A stretch of DNA of 64,000 nucleotides from Monocercomonoides exilis PA203 (lineage: Eukaryota; Protista; Preaxostyla): NCBI GenBank assembly GCA_001643675.2, contig LSRY02000062.1, positions 310,001 through 374,000 of the forward strand, given 5' to 3'. The translations under genes and the position numbers were made by a program. The notes under the pieces were generated by a model. That model saw nothing but the letters and a program-made list of their open reading frames with translations, searched no databases and was not told where the DNA came from. Position 1 is the stretch's first letter, and every line of letters begins with the position of its first letter. Below, in pieces: positions 25,150 to 37,826 of this stretch.

Positions 25150-27378
25150 TTTTTAAGAACTGTTAACATTCAAAAGATACTCGAGAACAGTTTGCTTGTG
25201 TTGGCATTGTTTAGTACTGGGCTCTTTTTGATTCTTGCAGGATTTTGCTGGTGCTTTTGCAATACACAAACAATCGTTATCAGGAGTCTGGCTATGTTCT
25301 GTTTGAATAAACTGAGTGAAAGAAGGAGGATGGATGTATGAATGATGATAGGTCTTTTTCTTTGAAGGCATTAATTGTTCCAGATTGAGAGATCGTGGTC
25401 GCGATAATGAACTTGAATATTTTTTGCTTTCCCAATGTTGGTTGAGACGAACGAAAACTTGGATGAGTTTCAATTGTACTTGACGTTGATGGAAGAGAAA
25501 AAATTGAAGGTGGAGAAGAAGTTAAATGAGAGGTATTAGTGGAAGTTACTCCTTCATTCATAAATGTCTCTTGTGATGATTGCAACTCAGATGAATGAGA
25601 AGGTGTTGTTTGATCCGAAATAAGAATTGTTGTTAGAGGTTGTGGAGAAGTAGATGAAGCTTGTTGTGTTGTTGATGAAGATGAGGTTTCATTTAAAGAA
25701 GAAGAAAGGTTTTGCATAGGTGGGAATATAACAGAAGAAGAATTAGCTGATGCTGAAGTTAGAAAAGAAGAATTATATGAGAAAAAAGTTGTTTGGCAGA
25801 CTTCCATTGATTAGGAAGAAGCCATTTCAAAGAAAAATCAATGTTGTTGGAAACAAAACCTTCATCGCTTTCAGAAATCGACGGAATTCGAGTATCTTCA
25901 TTCAAAGTTGTTACCACTTTTTGATCTCCGCTGGTTTTGCTATTTTTTTCATTGATCTGAATTTCTTGCTCAGTTGAAACATCACCTGAATAAAAAAATA
26001 AATATGGTATATGAAAAAAATAAAAATTTAATTGTTAATATAAATAAAGTCAATATGGGTAAAATATGAAAATTCAAACTATCTTCAAGTGCATGTAAAG
26101 ATGTTACTCTTGAAGTTGGAATTGAACTTGGATTTAGTCGATTAAGTAATCTGGCTCTGTATTTTTCATTTGCTAGTTCCTTTTTCTGTCTTTTTTCCTC
26201 AACTTTTGCAATTAGATCAGAGAGGAAAAGTTGATTAGCCTCAAAATCTGCCTCCGATAATGGGTTTTGCAATATGTGATAATTTGTTAAACAGCATGCA
26301 ACGTAAAAGTATTCAGCAATTGAAGAAATCTTTAAGGGCCAAGGTCGACGAAATATTGTGAATAATGTTTTCAAACGACCAAAAAAGCGTTCGACGTTTA
26401 CTCTATGTGCTGCAAGCTCTGGTGTCCCTACAGGTTTGGTAATTATTGCTCCCAATTCACTTTTTGCACCAACATAAGCCGAATCTGCCATGATTTTTCC
26501 TCCATCCAAACGTGCTGCGAACTGAGAGTAATGCTCACGAAACACGACATAGTCGTGAACTGCTCCGCCATGAACCTTGCTGACTGTACTTGCAGTTCCT
26601 GTTTTTGGATTCACTCCCACTTCAACTTTTACACAATAAATTTTGTGCTTTCCACTGAAACAATCGCTTCCACAATTAAATTCTTTTCCTGTTTTGTTTA
26701 CCGGAAAAACTGAACAATCAAAAACAAGTGCCACCTCCTCCGTTCCACGAATTCTGTCAGGTCTATACGTGAGAAATACATCAGATAAAGAGACTTTGAT
26801 GGATTGCAAGATCGAATGAATAAGTCGAATAGTTGCATCTTGTTTTTAAAGAAAAGGTGAGGTAATGAGATGAGAAACTGTTGGTGATCCAAAATGAAAA
26901 AAATTTAATAACAAGAATAACTGATAATCCAATTTTTCAATGACTCTGCGTTTCCCCGGATGAGGGTATATCTCAGGTTGAACAAGACGAACAAGAAGAT
27001 CAAACTCACTCTTTGTGAAACCAGTCATTCTGAAAAAGCCCAAATCTTTGTTAGTGAATTTGGACAATGCGTTTTCAATCAATGACAGTTTCTTTTCTTC
27101 CTCTTTTTGATGAGTAATTTAGGAAGAGCATTTCTTTCTTCAACGTGAGTTAAAATTTCCAAAAAATTTGATTGACTCATTTTCAGATTAAGACAGAAAA
27201 AGCTGATTGAACGAACACATTATTCGGTAATTTTTTTGTGATCCCCTTGTCCCACTTTTTATTTAATTCATCGTGAATGAATCAAAACGTTTTGTCTATG
27301 AATTTTTTGTTTTTGCACTTGAAAAAAAGAGGTTGATGAAAACAATTACAATTGACAATAACACAACGTTTTAGTTCT
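25150..27378 (-). mobile_element. PIF/Harbinger-superfamily (DDE_Tnp_4) transposon copy 1; transposase interrupted by in-frame TAA at 26846-26848
   Basis: FFRMTGFTKSEFDLL HTH start, VFDCS, FSGKHKIY, GAVHDY, MADSAYVG, HRVNVERFFGRLK, ACCLTNY. Intron near 26079-25986 leads to a low-complexity C-terminal exon. Left boundary uncertain. Confidence 0.8.
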
Positions 27379-27949
27379 AGCGTGTCAAGTGCCCGGGAAT
27401 AATTCCCTTTTTAATTATTATAAAAGATCAATTAAAAATAAATCCCATTTTCGGTTTAAAAAAAAATAATCTTTGTGAGTTTTCTTACTTATAAAAACAA
27501 ATTTGAGTGAAACAACTCAAATCTCAACAGTTCATTTGAACGTTAGTTATATTCTTTCTTTATTTTATTTACTAACTTCTTATTCTTTGATAATTGCTTT
27601 ATCATATTTTTCATTCAATAAATTGATGAATCCAAACTAACGCAAAAACAACAGATGTAATTATTCACCACGATTCATGCAGAAGAATGAACAAATGAGT
27701 TTTCTTAAAAATAAACAAGTTTGTTAAGTTTAAATTGTTTTTACATAAAAATTGAGGTTGTATTTTGATTTTCTTATTGAATGAAAATATAAGCTTATAT
27801 GAATGCTTTTATTTGTAATAAAGTTGCGAATTCTTTCCAGTAATAAGCAATATAAAGTCTAAACTGATATGTGCTCACGTGGCAGTTGAAAATCCAATAA
27901 GCAATCATTTCGCCCTTGTGATAACAAGTCTCTAAATCATTAACACGTT

Positions 27950-30900
27950 ATTGTGCATGACCCATCTCAACATCATCCCTCTCGGCGGTTGTCCACTCCT
28001 CACTGCCCAACACCACTCAGCTTCCTCCATCTGCTCCTCCACTTGCCAAGTCAACCCAGCAACAAAATCTCCACTTTCCCTCTCTGCCCATGCCTCCCTC
28101 GCCCTCACAAACTTCTCCCTCTCCACCCCTCAACCTGTCATCTTCTCATTTCCCCTCTTCTCCACCCCAAATAATCTCCTCCCACATGCCAACTCCCCAA
28201 TCCCTGCCTCCTTCTCCATCTCCCACTCCTCTTTCTCCTCATTCATTCTCTTCTTCCACCTCTTTTTCTTCTTCTGCCATCTATCCCTCTTCTTCTCTCA
28301 CCCCATCTCCCGGCTATGCTGACATCCCCTCTTCCTTCACTCCCTCTGAGCAGTCAAACTCACCCAACTCTCCCTCTGCCTTCCTCAGCTCCCTCTCTGC
28401 GCATAAGTCTCTCTCTGTCCGTGCTGGTTCCCTTCATCTCAGAAGATCAGCTGATTCTTATTCAGAAAGTGGGCTGCAGCCAATCCTGCAAACATTTTTA
28501 GACGGAATTGAAGGCATTGACGTCACAGTGGCAGTGCTGGGGACACTTAGCAAGGTCGACGAGGCACGAAGTCCTGGGTTCAAGGCACGCACAAAACAGT
28601 TCGATTATCAATCTGAAAAGGTCACAACACTTGCTGCTCTTTCACCAGAAGATGGACATTGCAGTGCAGATAGAACAAGTTATTCTTCTTCATCATCATT
28701 CAAGACATCATTATCACATCCTCATTTACCAATTTGTGCTCTGACCTTTACTTCACATCAGATTCAGAACTTGCGTGGTATCTCCAACAGCTCTCAAAAC
28801 ACAGGTGCATATGCAGTTGCCTCAGCCACAACTGCCCTGCCTCAGTCAGTCCTCCTCTTCTCCCCCACTATCTGCCAGCCTGCTCTCTTCCCTCTCCTCT
28901 CTCCACTTACCAAGGAAATCGAGCTGTTGGTCACTCCAATCCTCTCCTTTGCATCACAGCAGAAGGAGAGCAGAGCAGGCAAGACAGCCAAGCAGCACGG
29001 CATGAACGCCACAAACAGCAGCCAGCTGCCCTCTCAGCAGCTCAGCAGCACTGGCTGGATGCTCAGTTGGGACCGCATTCGGAAGATCAGCGAGGCAGAC
29101 AGCGCAACCCAATCGTCTCTGATGCAGACGATGATGGACGAAGGTATCATCACCAGCGGCCCGCAGAAGGTTTCAATATGCTGGTCGATGCAGTCAATCA
29201 GATCCTGTCTCCACTCACATTCCACTAGGCGATGTCTTCATTGGCACAGAAGAGGCTGGCGGGGTAAAGCAGTGCTTTGGGTTATACACAGTCTGCTTCA
29301 TCGTCTTATGTATCGCTGGCTCCTGTAATGCCAACTTCTCCTTCATCATCATCATCGTCTTCTTCTGCAACGACTACTGCTTCTTCAACAGGTGTAGCTC
29401 CTTCTCGTTCAACTTCCACAGCGAAGTTAACAAACACTTCATCTGACAATACGCCACCTCTTCTTCACTCTTCCTCCACTTTGTCTGTCCCATTCGTTCG
29501 AGCAGCCACCTTTGTGATGCATCTAAACACTTCCACAAAATCTCCCTCTTCTTTTAGCGAAGAAAACTGCACTTCTGGTATCTCCCTCCGCTCACTCCCA
29601 AACAACCACACAGCTTTCACCTTATTCCTCTTCCTCATTTGCCAAGCACTCTGCATTCAATGCATCTCATTCCACTTCTCTCCTCCCTCTTCATCCTCCT
29701 CTTGTCGACTTCGGTCGCCCATTTGTCGTTGAGCAGTTCACCTCCTTCGCCGCACCCTGGCAATAGTTGACTGTGAAGGCGTCTTTAGAGCGGTGTGGGC
29801 AGTCGATGGAGGCGCACATCACAGCCTTGCACCAACGGGGCCACGTGTTCAGTATGGCAAGGAGATGTGCGTTCAGAATGGCAAGTGCTGCTTCCACAGA
29901 CGTAAGAGTTGCTTCGGCAGGGATGTTAGCAGCAGCTGTGGAGAGCTTCGTATCGGAGCTAAGTGAGATTTTGGAAGGTGTGCCTGTGGATGGGATGAAT
30001 GTGGCATATGGATCAGCACTGAAGGCATGCTCTTCCACTTCTCCACCAATCTCCAAGTCAGCTTTCAACAGTGATGAGGATAAGGATCGCGATACACTGT
30101 TGAGAGACAAGGCGTCGTCGGATGAAGGATGGGTATCTGTTCCTGCAAGCACACGATCATCATTATTTATTTCATCAACATCTCCTTTGAGATCATCCTC
30201 TTCTTCTGCTTCTATTTCTCCACTCTTAAATTCCACAAATTCACATGCTTTGGCAAAGGATCCTTCCGTTCAGTTATCAATCACTCTTTCTACTGCTTCC
30301 ACTCTTCCTTTCTCTCCCTTCTCCACATTCTCTCCTCTTGTTCTGTCTCTTCTCTGCACTCTTTTCACCTCTCCTTCTGTCAACTCGCACAGCAGGCAGC
30401 CGACTTCATCTCCCAGCGAATTTCACAGTTTGTGGTGGTTGGTGGAGCTAAAGAGAGACTGGCTATTTCATCTGGCTGTGGCAGCAGCAGCACATCTGAA
30501 GCAACAACAGTGATGAGAGGAGGCAAAAGAGACAATGGAAAGACCAGTGATTATGGAGATGATGGTGAAGACGATGAATCAGCAGATGATTTGGCTGCGA
30601 AGACGCGTGCAGATCTGCCCGACGATTTAATCAAAAGCGGGTCTGTTTCGCTGCAGCTGTCACCAGCAGTTATTCTCCCCCATGTGCAGCTGAATGACTT
30701 GGGGGTGCAGCTGAAGCGGATGTTGAAGATGCCTCTGCAGACGCTGTTTGTGTCGACCGCTCGCTGCCCTCTGCTTCCACGTGGGTGGATGGGTTCAGCA
30801 GAAGCTGCACTGGCGATGGGGAAGCTGCAGCAGACAATGTTCAGATAGCAAATGATAGGCAGCGTGGACTATTCGGATAGGAGAACACACTCACCGTCTT

Positions 30901-31180
30901 TGCCTCTTTCGTCACAAGCACCTCATAAGGAGCAGAATTCGGTGTCTTCATTGAGTGCAATCCAACAGAACACAGATGCTGTTTCATCATCATCAGCAGC
31001 AGTTGCTGAGCTCTCATCTTTTTCTGTACCAATTCCACCTCCGCTCACTTCTGCTGACACCTCCACCCAATCTACTCCTTCTCTATCTCTTTTGGCACCT
31101 TCTGTATCTCCTTCTTTATCTCCTTCTCCTCCACCTCCTTAGCTTCCTTCCCTCAGCTCTTCCATCAACCAGCTAGCTTA
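27950..31180 (+). pseudogene. Degenerate fragment of a large Ser/Pro-rich host-type protein gene
   Basis: GC-richer coding-like tract with the codon style of host 3' exons. It is broken into overlapping ORFs in shifting frames (28090-29328, 29277-29732, 29767-30513, 30129-30848, 30852-31142) with no AT-rich introns at the breaks. No recognisable domain. Confidence 0.5.
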
Positions 31181-31204
31181 GCAGCTTCTGAACCCTAAAA
31201 ATCC

Positions 31205-33193
31205 TTCTGTTACAAACCCAGTTTCATGCACCAACGAAAAGTTTTCTTTATGAAATGAGTTAATCATATTAATCTGTCTCATTTTTCTATGCATGATTAT
31301 GCATTAACTGAACACTCCTTCAAGTTGAAAAATGAAAATTATCGATTGGAATTTTCTTTCAAAAAGAATTATTGAATTATTATTATGGAAACGAATGAAA
31401 GAACCTTAATCAAATCATTGTTGATATTCCCCCTTTGCTTTGTTTTTGTGATGATGAAAAAATGGATGAATATTTAGAAAAGGAAGATTGTGGAGAAGCT
31501 TCAAGCCAAAAGGCTGTCGAAGGAGAGAATGATTCAATGACGCTTGATTACCATGACATTGAAATCAATGCAGTAGACAGGGAGGAGATGTTGCTTGAAT
31601 TGTTTGATTCAATGGAATCGAAGAAGCTTAGGCCTACAGATTTATTCAAGAACGGATTAGTTACGAAAAGCAGCTTCTATCGTGCTGCAAAGGCAAGGAA
31701 GGAAGGAAGGGCCATTTGCAGAATAGGAAGACCTCCAATTCTGAACACGCGAAACAAAACTACATTCTTCTCAAAAATCAAAGATAAAATACAACTTGGT
31801 GCCTTTCCGTGTGCAAGACAAGTGAGAGACATAGTTGGATTTTTCTTTCTTTCTTTCTTTTTTTAAAGTTTTGTGTTTATATCTTTTTTCATGTATTTGT
31901 TAGGCAATAGAAGTCATATCCGAAGATCTACACAAGCCAACTCAGAGCATTCATGTGTGCCGCACTTGGCCATATTCTTTTATCAAGTCGAACGAGGACC
32001 TTTTCTTTGTACATCCCATTCATTTGCCAGCAGCGAGAGCTGCTCATTCTACAAACGAATGCCTTTTTCCTTGGTTTGAAAAAGATAAACATTTATTTGA
32101 TGAGCATCGGTATAAATCGCAATTAATTTTTAATCTGGACGAAGTGTTTATTACAACTCCTGAAGTCAAGCCAAGCCTGGTTGTTGCTTCATACAAAAAT
32201 GATGCATGCATGACGCTAGAGCCATCGCTCCCAGCAGGCATCTCAGGGCTCTTCCTAGTTTCAGCAGATGGAGTAAGTTATCTAGCTATTTTCAAAATCA
32301 GAGCAAAAAAACTACCAAAGGAAAACTCTGACGCAACTAAACACTCATTACGTTTCACGGTTGATGACACTCCCTCAGTGACTGCAGAAAGCTTCCGGTT
32401 CTTTTTCGAAAAAGCGATTGTTCCGTTTATGATCCAAAGAAAAAAAGTCGTCAAATGCGAAGAAGAGCATTGTTTACTATTCATGGATTCACTTGCTGCT
32501 CATTTGTCAAGGAATATCATACAATGTGCGAAGGACAACAGAATTGATCTATGCTTTCCTCCTTCACATACTTCTCATTTAGTTCAACCTTTGGATCTCC
32601 ACATCAATGCCAATTTTAAAAATTCTCTCAGAATAACTAATTACGAAACTCAAGAACCCAATGCGAGTTGTGCAAGGAGAAACTTTGTTTTAAAACTGAG
32701 AACTGCATTGCATGCTGCATTTAGTCCCTCTTCAATCACAGCTTCATTCAGAGATGCAGGCATCTGGCCTTTCAACCCTGATATTGTTCTATCAAAACTT
32801 CCAGAGAAAAAGCCTGAGTGGGCAAAAGTATCTTCAAAAATCATGGATCCTCAATTGCCTTATTTCAATGGAAGAATTTTTCTATCAACAGACCCAATGA
32901 CCTTTTATGATGACGGAGTTCATCCATATTTTTTTAATTTTCATGTTTAATAACATTTTCAAACTGTATTTTTTTTTAATGTTTAATATTTTGTTTTAAT
33001 GTTTATTATTTTTTTTAATGTTTATTATTTTTTATAATGTTTTATTTCAATAAAAAGATAATATATGGCAGTTGATTTTTTCTCATTTGTTTTCAGAACA
33101 GATATCGTTCATATTTGAAAAAAAATCAATTATTAAAAAACGAAAAAAATGAAGTTCCGGGTTTATGACATGTCCCGGATTTTTTACACACTA
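31205..33193 (+). mobile_element. pogo/Tigger-like (DDE_1) transposon copy 1, intron-containing transposase about 31462-32950
   Basis: GRPPIL after HTH, intron about 31834-31903, IFNLDE, LLFMDSLAAH, PPSHTSHLVQPLD, SFRDAGIWPFNP. Right terminus ...CCGGATTTTTTACACACTA. Left terminus uncertain. Confidence 0.8.
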
Positions 33194-34848
33194 TAGCAGG
33201 GAGTTAACCCGCTCAGAAAAAGTGGAAAAAATGGGAATAAGATCAAAAAGCTGAAGTTGATGAAAAAAACTCAAGTTGCAAGATTGGCAGCATCCAGCGA
33301 AGCCAGGCTGTTGCATGATTCACACGAAAAGGGATTGTACTTTCACCTGGTTTGCGGTCTTTCGAAATCTGCCATTGAAGAAGGGGGAGTGATTTCTCGA
33401 CATTCGTTAAAAAGGGCTGAAAAAGCACAAAACTGTGGAAGACCAAAAGGAAAACCTGGAAAGCTGTTAATTTTTTCGAAATCAGATGAACTGAGAATTG
33501 TTACAAAGATAGAGGTGGATGCAGAAAAGGGGATTTATCATTCAAAGAAACAAATTGCAGAAATTGTGTGTTTGGAAAAGAATAATTTATGATCATTTAA
33601 TTATTTATAATTCCCAGGCAAATGAAATAAGAATGGAAAAGATAAGCGATGGAGATGATATAATATGTGTTGATAAACACTGGCCAAATAGATTTTTATC
33701 GAGATATTTTGAACTAAAGCTGAAGCGTCCAACACCTCTTCCAATTCATCGAGCTCTTTAAACATCAAAAGAAACAATTGCTCCATTCTTTGACATGGTC
33801 ACAAAATTTTTTGAAACGACAGAGGTCATTCCTCAGTTGTTTTTCAACTTGGATGAAACTTCTATGATTTTTTCTGTAAATCATTCATCAATTATTATCC
33901 CATCGTCGTCCACAACTCCATCAATAATTCCTGAGTCATCTCTCCCAATGTCAACAAGCATAATGTTTTTAGCAAGCGCTGACGGGGTCAGATATTTAGC
34001 GCTAATTTTTATTCTACGTTTAAATCTTCCTGAAGAATACAGAGAAGCCACAACTTAAACCGAGGTTTTTATCCCCAGCTCCAATGGTCATCTATCAGCG
34101 AGCGGATTTGCAGAAGTTTTCCAAAAAGCTATTTTGCCTTGCATGTTAAAAAAACGAACAACGATCGGAAAAGCAGAGAAACATATCATTTTGATCACGG
34201 ACGGAGGAACGGGCCATTTTTCAACAGAAGTTTTGAAGATATGCAAGGATAATTTAATTGATTTAATTCAACTTCCCTCACAAACCACTCATCTTATTCA
34301 ACCAAATGATCAGTACATTTTCGCGAATTTGAAGAAAAGTTTCAGCAAAGCAACGAATTGTGGAACATCAGCTTGTGCAAAAGATAGAAGAAAACTATTT
34401 GTTGAAGCTTTAAAGGATGCATTGGCAACGGGATCTTTTCCGTCGACTATTCGAGCGAGTTGGAAAATCACAGGGTGGAATCCGTTCAACCCAGAGATTG
34501 TTTTGAGCATCATCACCGACAAACCCCCAGAATGAAGCGAATCTATCAAAACATCTACCAAATGCATTGCAAATTCGAGATCTGGAAGAATTTTTTCTAA
34601 CTCAAATGATTTCCTCGAATTAACAAAATAAAATAATGAACTGGATATTTAACACATTCGCATAGAAGTGTTCAGATTTTTACTCTGTTCCTATAGTATT
34701 TCATGATATTTTTTAGTAATAAGACTTTATTGATTGCCTTCTTTGTTTTTTCTTTATTTTTTTTCACAAGCAATTCAAAAAATGTTAAAAATATGAACTG
34801 ATCAGGTGAGCGGGTTTACTCCCCTGAGCGGGTTAACTCCCCGACTAT
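33194..34848 (+). mobile_element. pogo/Tigger-like (DDE_1) transposon copy 2 with nonsense-inactivated transposase
   Basis: TIR GGGAGTTAACCCGCTCAG at 33199-33216 and its reverse complement at about 34824-34841, with the motif doubled at the right end. FNLDET, LITDGGTGH, LPSQTTHLIQPND, GWNPFNP. Intron about 33566-33617. In-frame stops at 33759, 34056 and 34533. Confidence 0.85.
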
Positions 34849-34854
34849 GAGAAT

Positions 34855-37171
34855 AGAACTTCATTCATTTTTCCGAAACGCGAAAATTCGACTGAATCAC
34901 ATCGATTTAGTTAGAACTTTTTGGCTTTTTCATTGACTTTTCGAACCTTTCTTTAACTTTTTCGTGTCCAGTTAAAGATTTTTATTTTTTTTTTTTTTTT
35001 GATGTGATCTTTCTTAATTTTTTTTTCCAGTTATTTCTCTAGCACTTTGAAAATAAGAAGCGTGTTACAAAGAGAAGGTTTATATATCACTTATAAAACT
35101 TTCAAATTTGCTTTTTTTAAAATATGTTCAATTTTGATTCTTCTTTTGAATATAACATATAAACCAGATATCCTGACACTGACTTCGACAATATTTAACA
35201 TTAATAGAATTGCCATGTTTGTTTTTATGAAATTGATAAATTTATCGATTGAATATATACATTTGTTGAAAAAAATATTCTTCTTAATGAAATTTTCAAT
35301 TTTTGTTTGTTTATTAGTAATTTTATAGCATTTCAGTATTTTCTTTTCAATTTTTTGTTAAATAAAGTTAAAATATAATTCAAGGACTCGTTATTAAAAG
35401 CTTTCTGTTTAATTTTTGAAAAGGAAAACAATTAATGATGTGAAAATGAAAAAACAATAAATATTTAATGCTTTTCTTTAAGAAGAGCTTGCAACGGTGT
35501 TTGTGTTGGTTGTTGACTAAAGGCATTAGAAAAAATTGTTGATGAAGAGGCAGAGGAACTGGGTGTTGAACGAAATAATCGAGTTGATTTCCACTGGTTA
35601 GGGATATACCAGGAATGCTGATCACTTATATCTTTTCTTTCTTTATTTGTCATTTCGCTCTCTTTTTCTATTTTTGTGTATCTTTCCTTTTTTCTTCTAA
35701 TGAAACTTTCTTTTTCATTTCTTTCTTTATATTTTCTTGGATCTGAACGTTTTTTGGGTCTTGGGACTCTTCAGAATCATCTGAAAAAGTTAAGTTATGG
35801 CATGAAAATATATTGAAATGAATAAATAAAATGAAAAAGAACAATATGGGTAGAAAAACAAAAAACACACTATCTGCCTGAATAGGCAGAATTGTTAATC
35901 TTGGTGAAGGAACTTGGCTCGGATTAAGTCTATTTTTCATTCTTACTCTGTATTGTTCATTCGCAATGTTCTTTGCCTTCTGTCTTTTCAAATACTCAAC
36001 TATCAGAGCATCTTAAAAACGTTGATTTACATCCAGATCATGAGTGGTCAAAGGATTTTTCAAAATATGGTGATTTGTTTAATAACAGGCAACAATAAAA
36101 TAATCTGATATTCTATCAGGCTCAAAAGGCCACTGCCTCCGGAAAACAGGAAATAGCGTCTTGAGCCTTCCAAAAAACCGTTCAACTATAACTCTTTTCG
36201 ATGCCAATTCTTGAGTACCCACAAGTTGAGTAATAATTGCATCAAGCTCTGGCTTTGCCCCGATATAGGCAGAGTCAGCCTGTATTTTCGAACCTTTCAG
36301 TTGATCCTTAAAGAGCGGACAATGCTCCTTAAACACTGTGAAATCATGAGTGGACCCTGTGTGAACAAAACTTATTGTGCAGGCTGTTCCAACAGCAGGG
36401 TTCACTCCGACTTCGACATTTACACAATAGATGTGGTGTTTGCCACTGTAGAATTTTTTGCAATTCATTAGACTACCTCCTGGTTTGTTTATTGGTAAAA
36501 CGGTGCAATCCAGAACAATTGCAACATCATTCATATCGATTAAGCGATTCTCTCTGAATGTCAAAAATAAATGGGAAAGTGGTTCTTTGATATCGGAAAC
36601 AATTGAATGAAGCAATTTTACTGTTGAATTTTTTGTTTGATAGAAGGAAGATGCGAAAATATGAGTTAATGTTGTAGAGCCATCATGCAAAAAATTCATT
36701 AAAAGAAATAACTGATCTCTGAACTCGTTCACTGCTCTTTCATTTCTTCTGTTGGGAGAAACCTCATCGCTAAGAAGTCGCACAAGGAGATCGAATTTAA
36801 ACTTGGTAAAACCTGATAATCGGAAATATGATGTTATTGGTTAACCTGTCAACTTTTTTGCGAAATCAATTACTGATTTTTTTGTCTCCTTTTTTTCAAC
36901 ATCAACTCGTTCTGGAATTGCATTTCGCTTTTCGACGGAACTCAAGACCTCAAGAAATGATGTTTGAGACATTAGCGAAAAACCAACGTTGTTCACGGAT
37001 CGATATTTCCCATTTTTTGAATATAATTTCTTAGGATCGAGTTCCCATCATTTCAACTATCGGATGTGACTCAATCACATCGATGTGATTCGAACTTTTT
37101 CATTCTTTCTCAATCTTTTTGTTTCGAGATTAATAAAAGAAGAATTGATTTAAAATCATCAATGAAGTTCT
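34855..37171 (-). mobile_element. PIF/Harbinger-superfamily (DDE_Tnp_4) transposon copy 2, pseudogenised
   Basis: 11 bp TIR AGAACTTCATT / AATGAAGTTCT flanked on both sides by AAT. Subterminal AATCACATCGAT motifs near both ends. Transposase VLDCT, YSGKHHIY, GSTHDF, ADSAYIG, KRVIVERFFGRLK, homologous to copy 1, with in-frame stops at about 36079 and 36013. Confidence 0.85.
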
Positions 37172-37826
37172 AATAATAGACCTTCAACGAATTGAGCGGG
37201 TCAATTCGAATTGATAAAATCAAAAAGTTTTTCGTTTTTCTTATTGGTAATGACTCTATCAATTCAGTTTTCCCTCTATCTTATTTGTGATCAAAAATAC
37301 AAAAATTATATATCAATTTTGATCAAAAAATATTGATGCTTCTTTTGTATTCCATTGGAAAACAGTTTGTTTATAGCAACTTTTTGATGTGTTTCTAATT
37401 ATGATATTTTTAATTTGTTTGCAATGAGCTTTTTTGTGTTCACGTGCGATATGTTGAATATTTTTCTTTTAGTTTTTTCTGTTGTTTCACACTCAATACA
37501 ACATATGATGCACACAAACAATCATTCTAAGAGTTATTTATATAATAACAATTCAATAATGCTTTGATTGCCAATTAATTTTTGTTTTTATTTAATTTTT
37601 TTGTTGTTTATATATTTTTCTTTGGCTTTTTTTGGTACATAAGCGAATTTTTACATAAATAAAGGATTGTTACGTTTTTGATATTTATTAATTGTGACGT
37701 CTGTGAACTTTATGCTATGTTCTTTATTTGAATCTATTGTTTTCGAATTTTTAAATAGCTATTTAGGATTTCTTTTATTTCCATGATCATTGATTTTTAA
37801 CACATCGAATTTATAAAAAAATTATC

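Noticed and set aside
26846-26848. In-frame TAA aligning to Gln, suggesting a TAA/TAG=Gln genetic code
   Set aside because: Host genes end cleanly at TAA/TAG (PRL right after its CaaX box, CDK after HPYFSEE) and have no internal TAR codons. Other TE stops align to Leu or Trp, so these are ordinary nonsense mutations.
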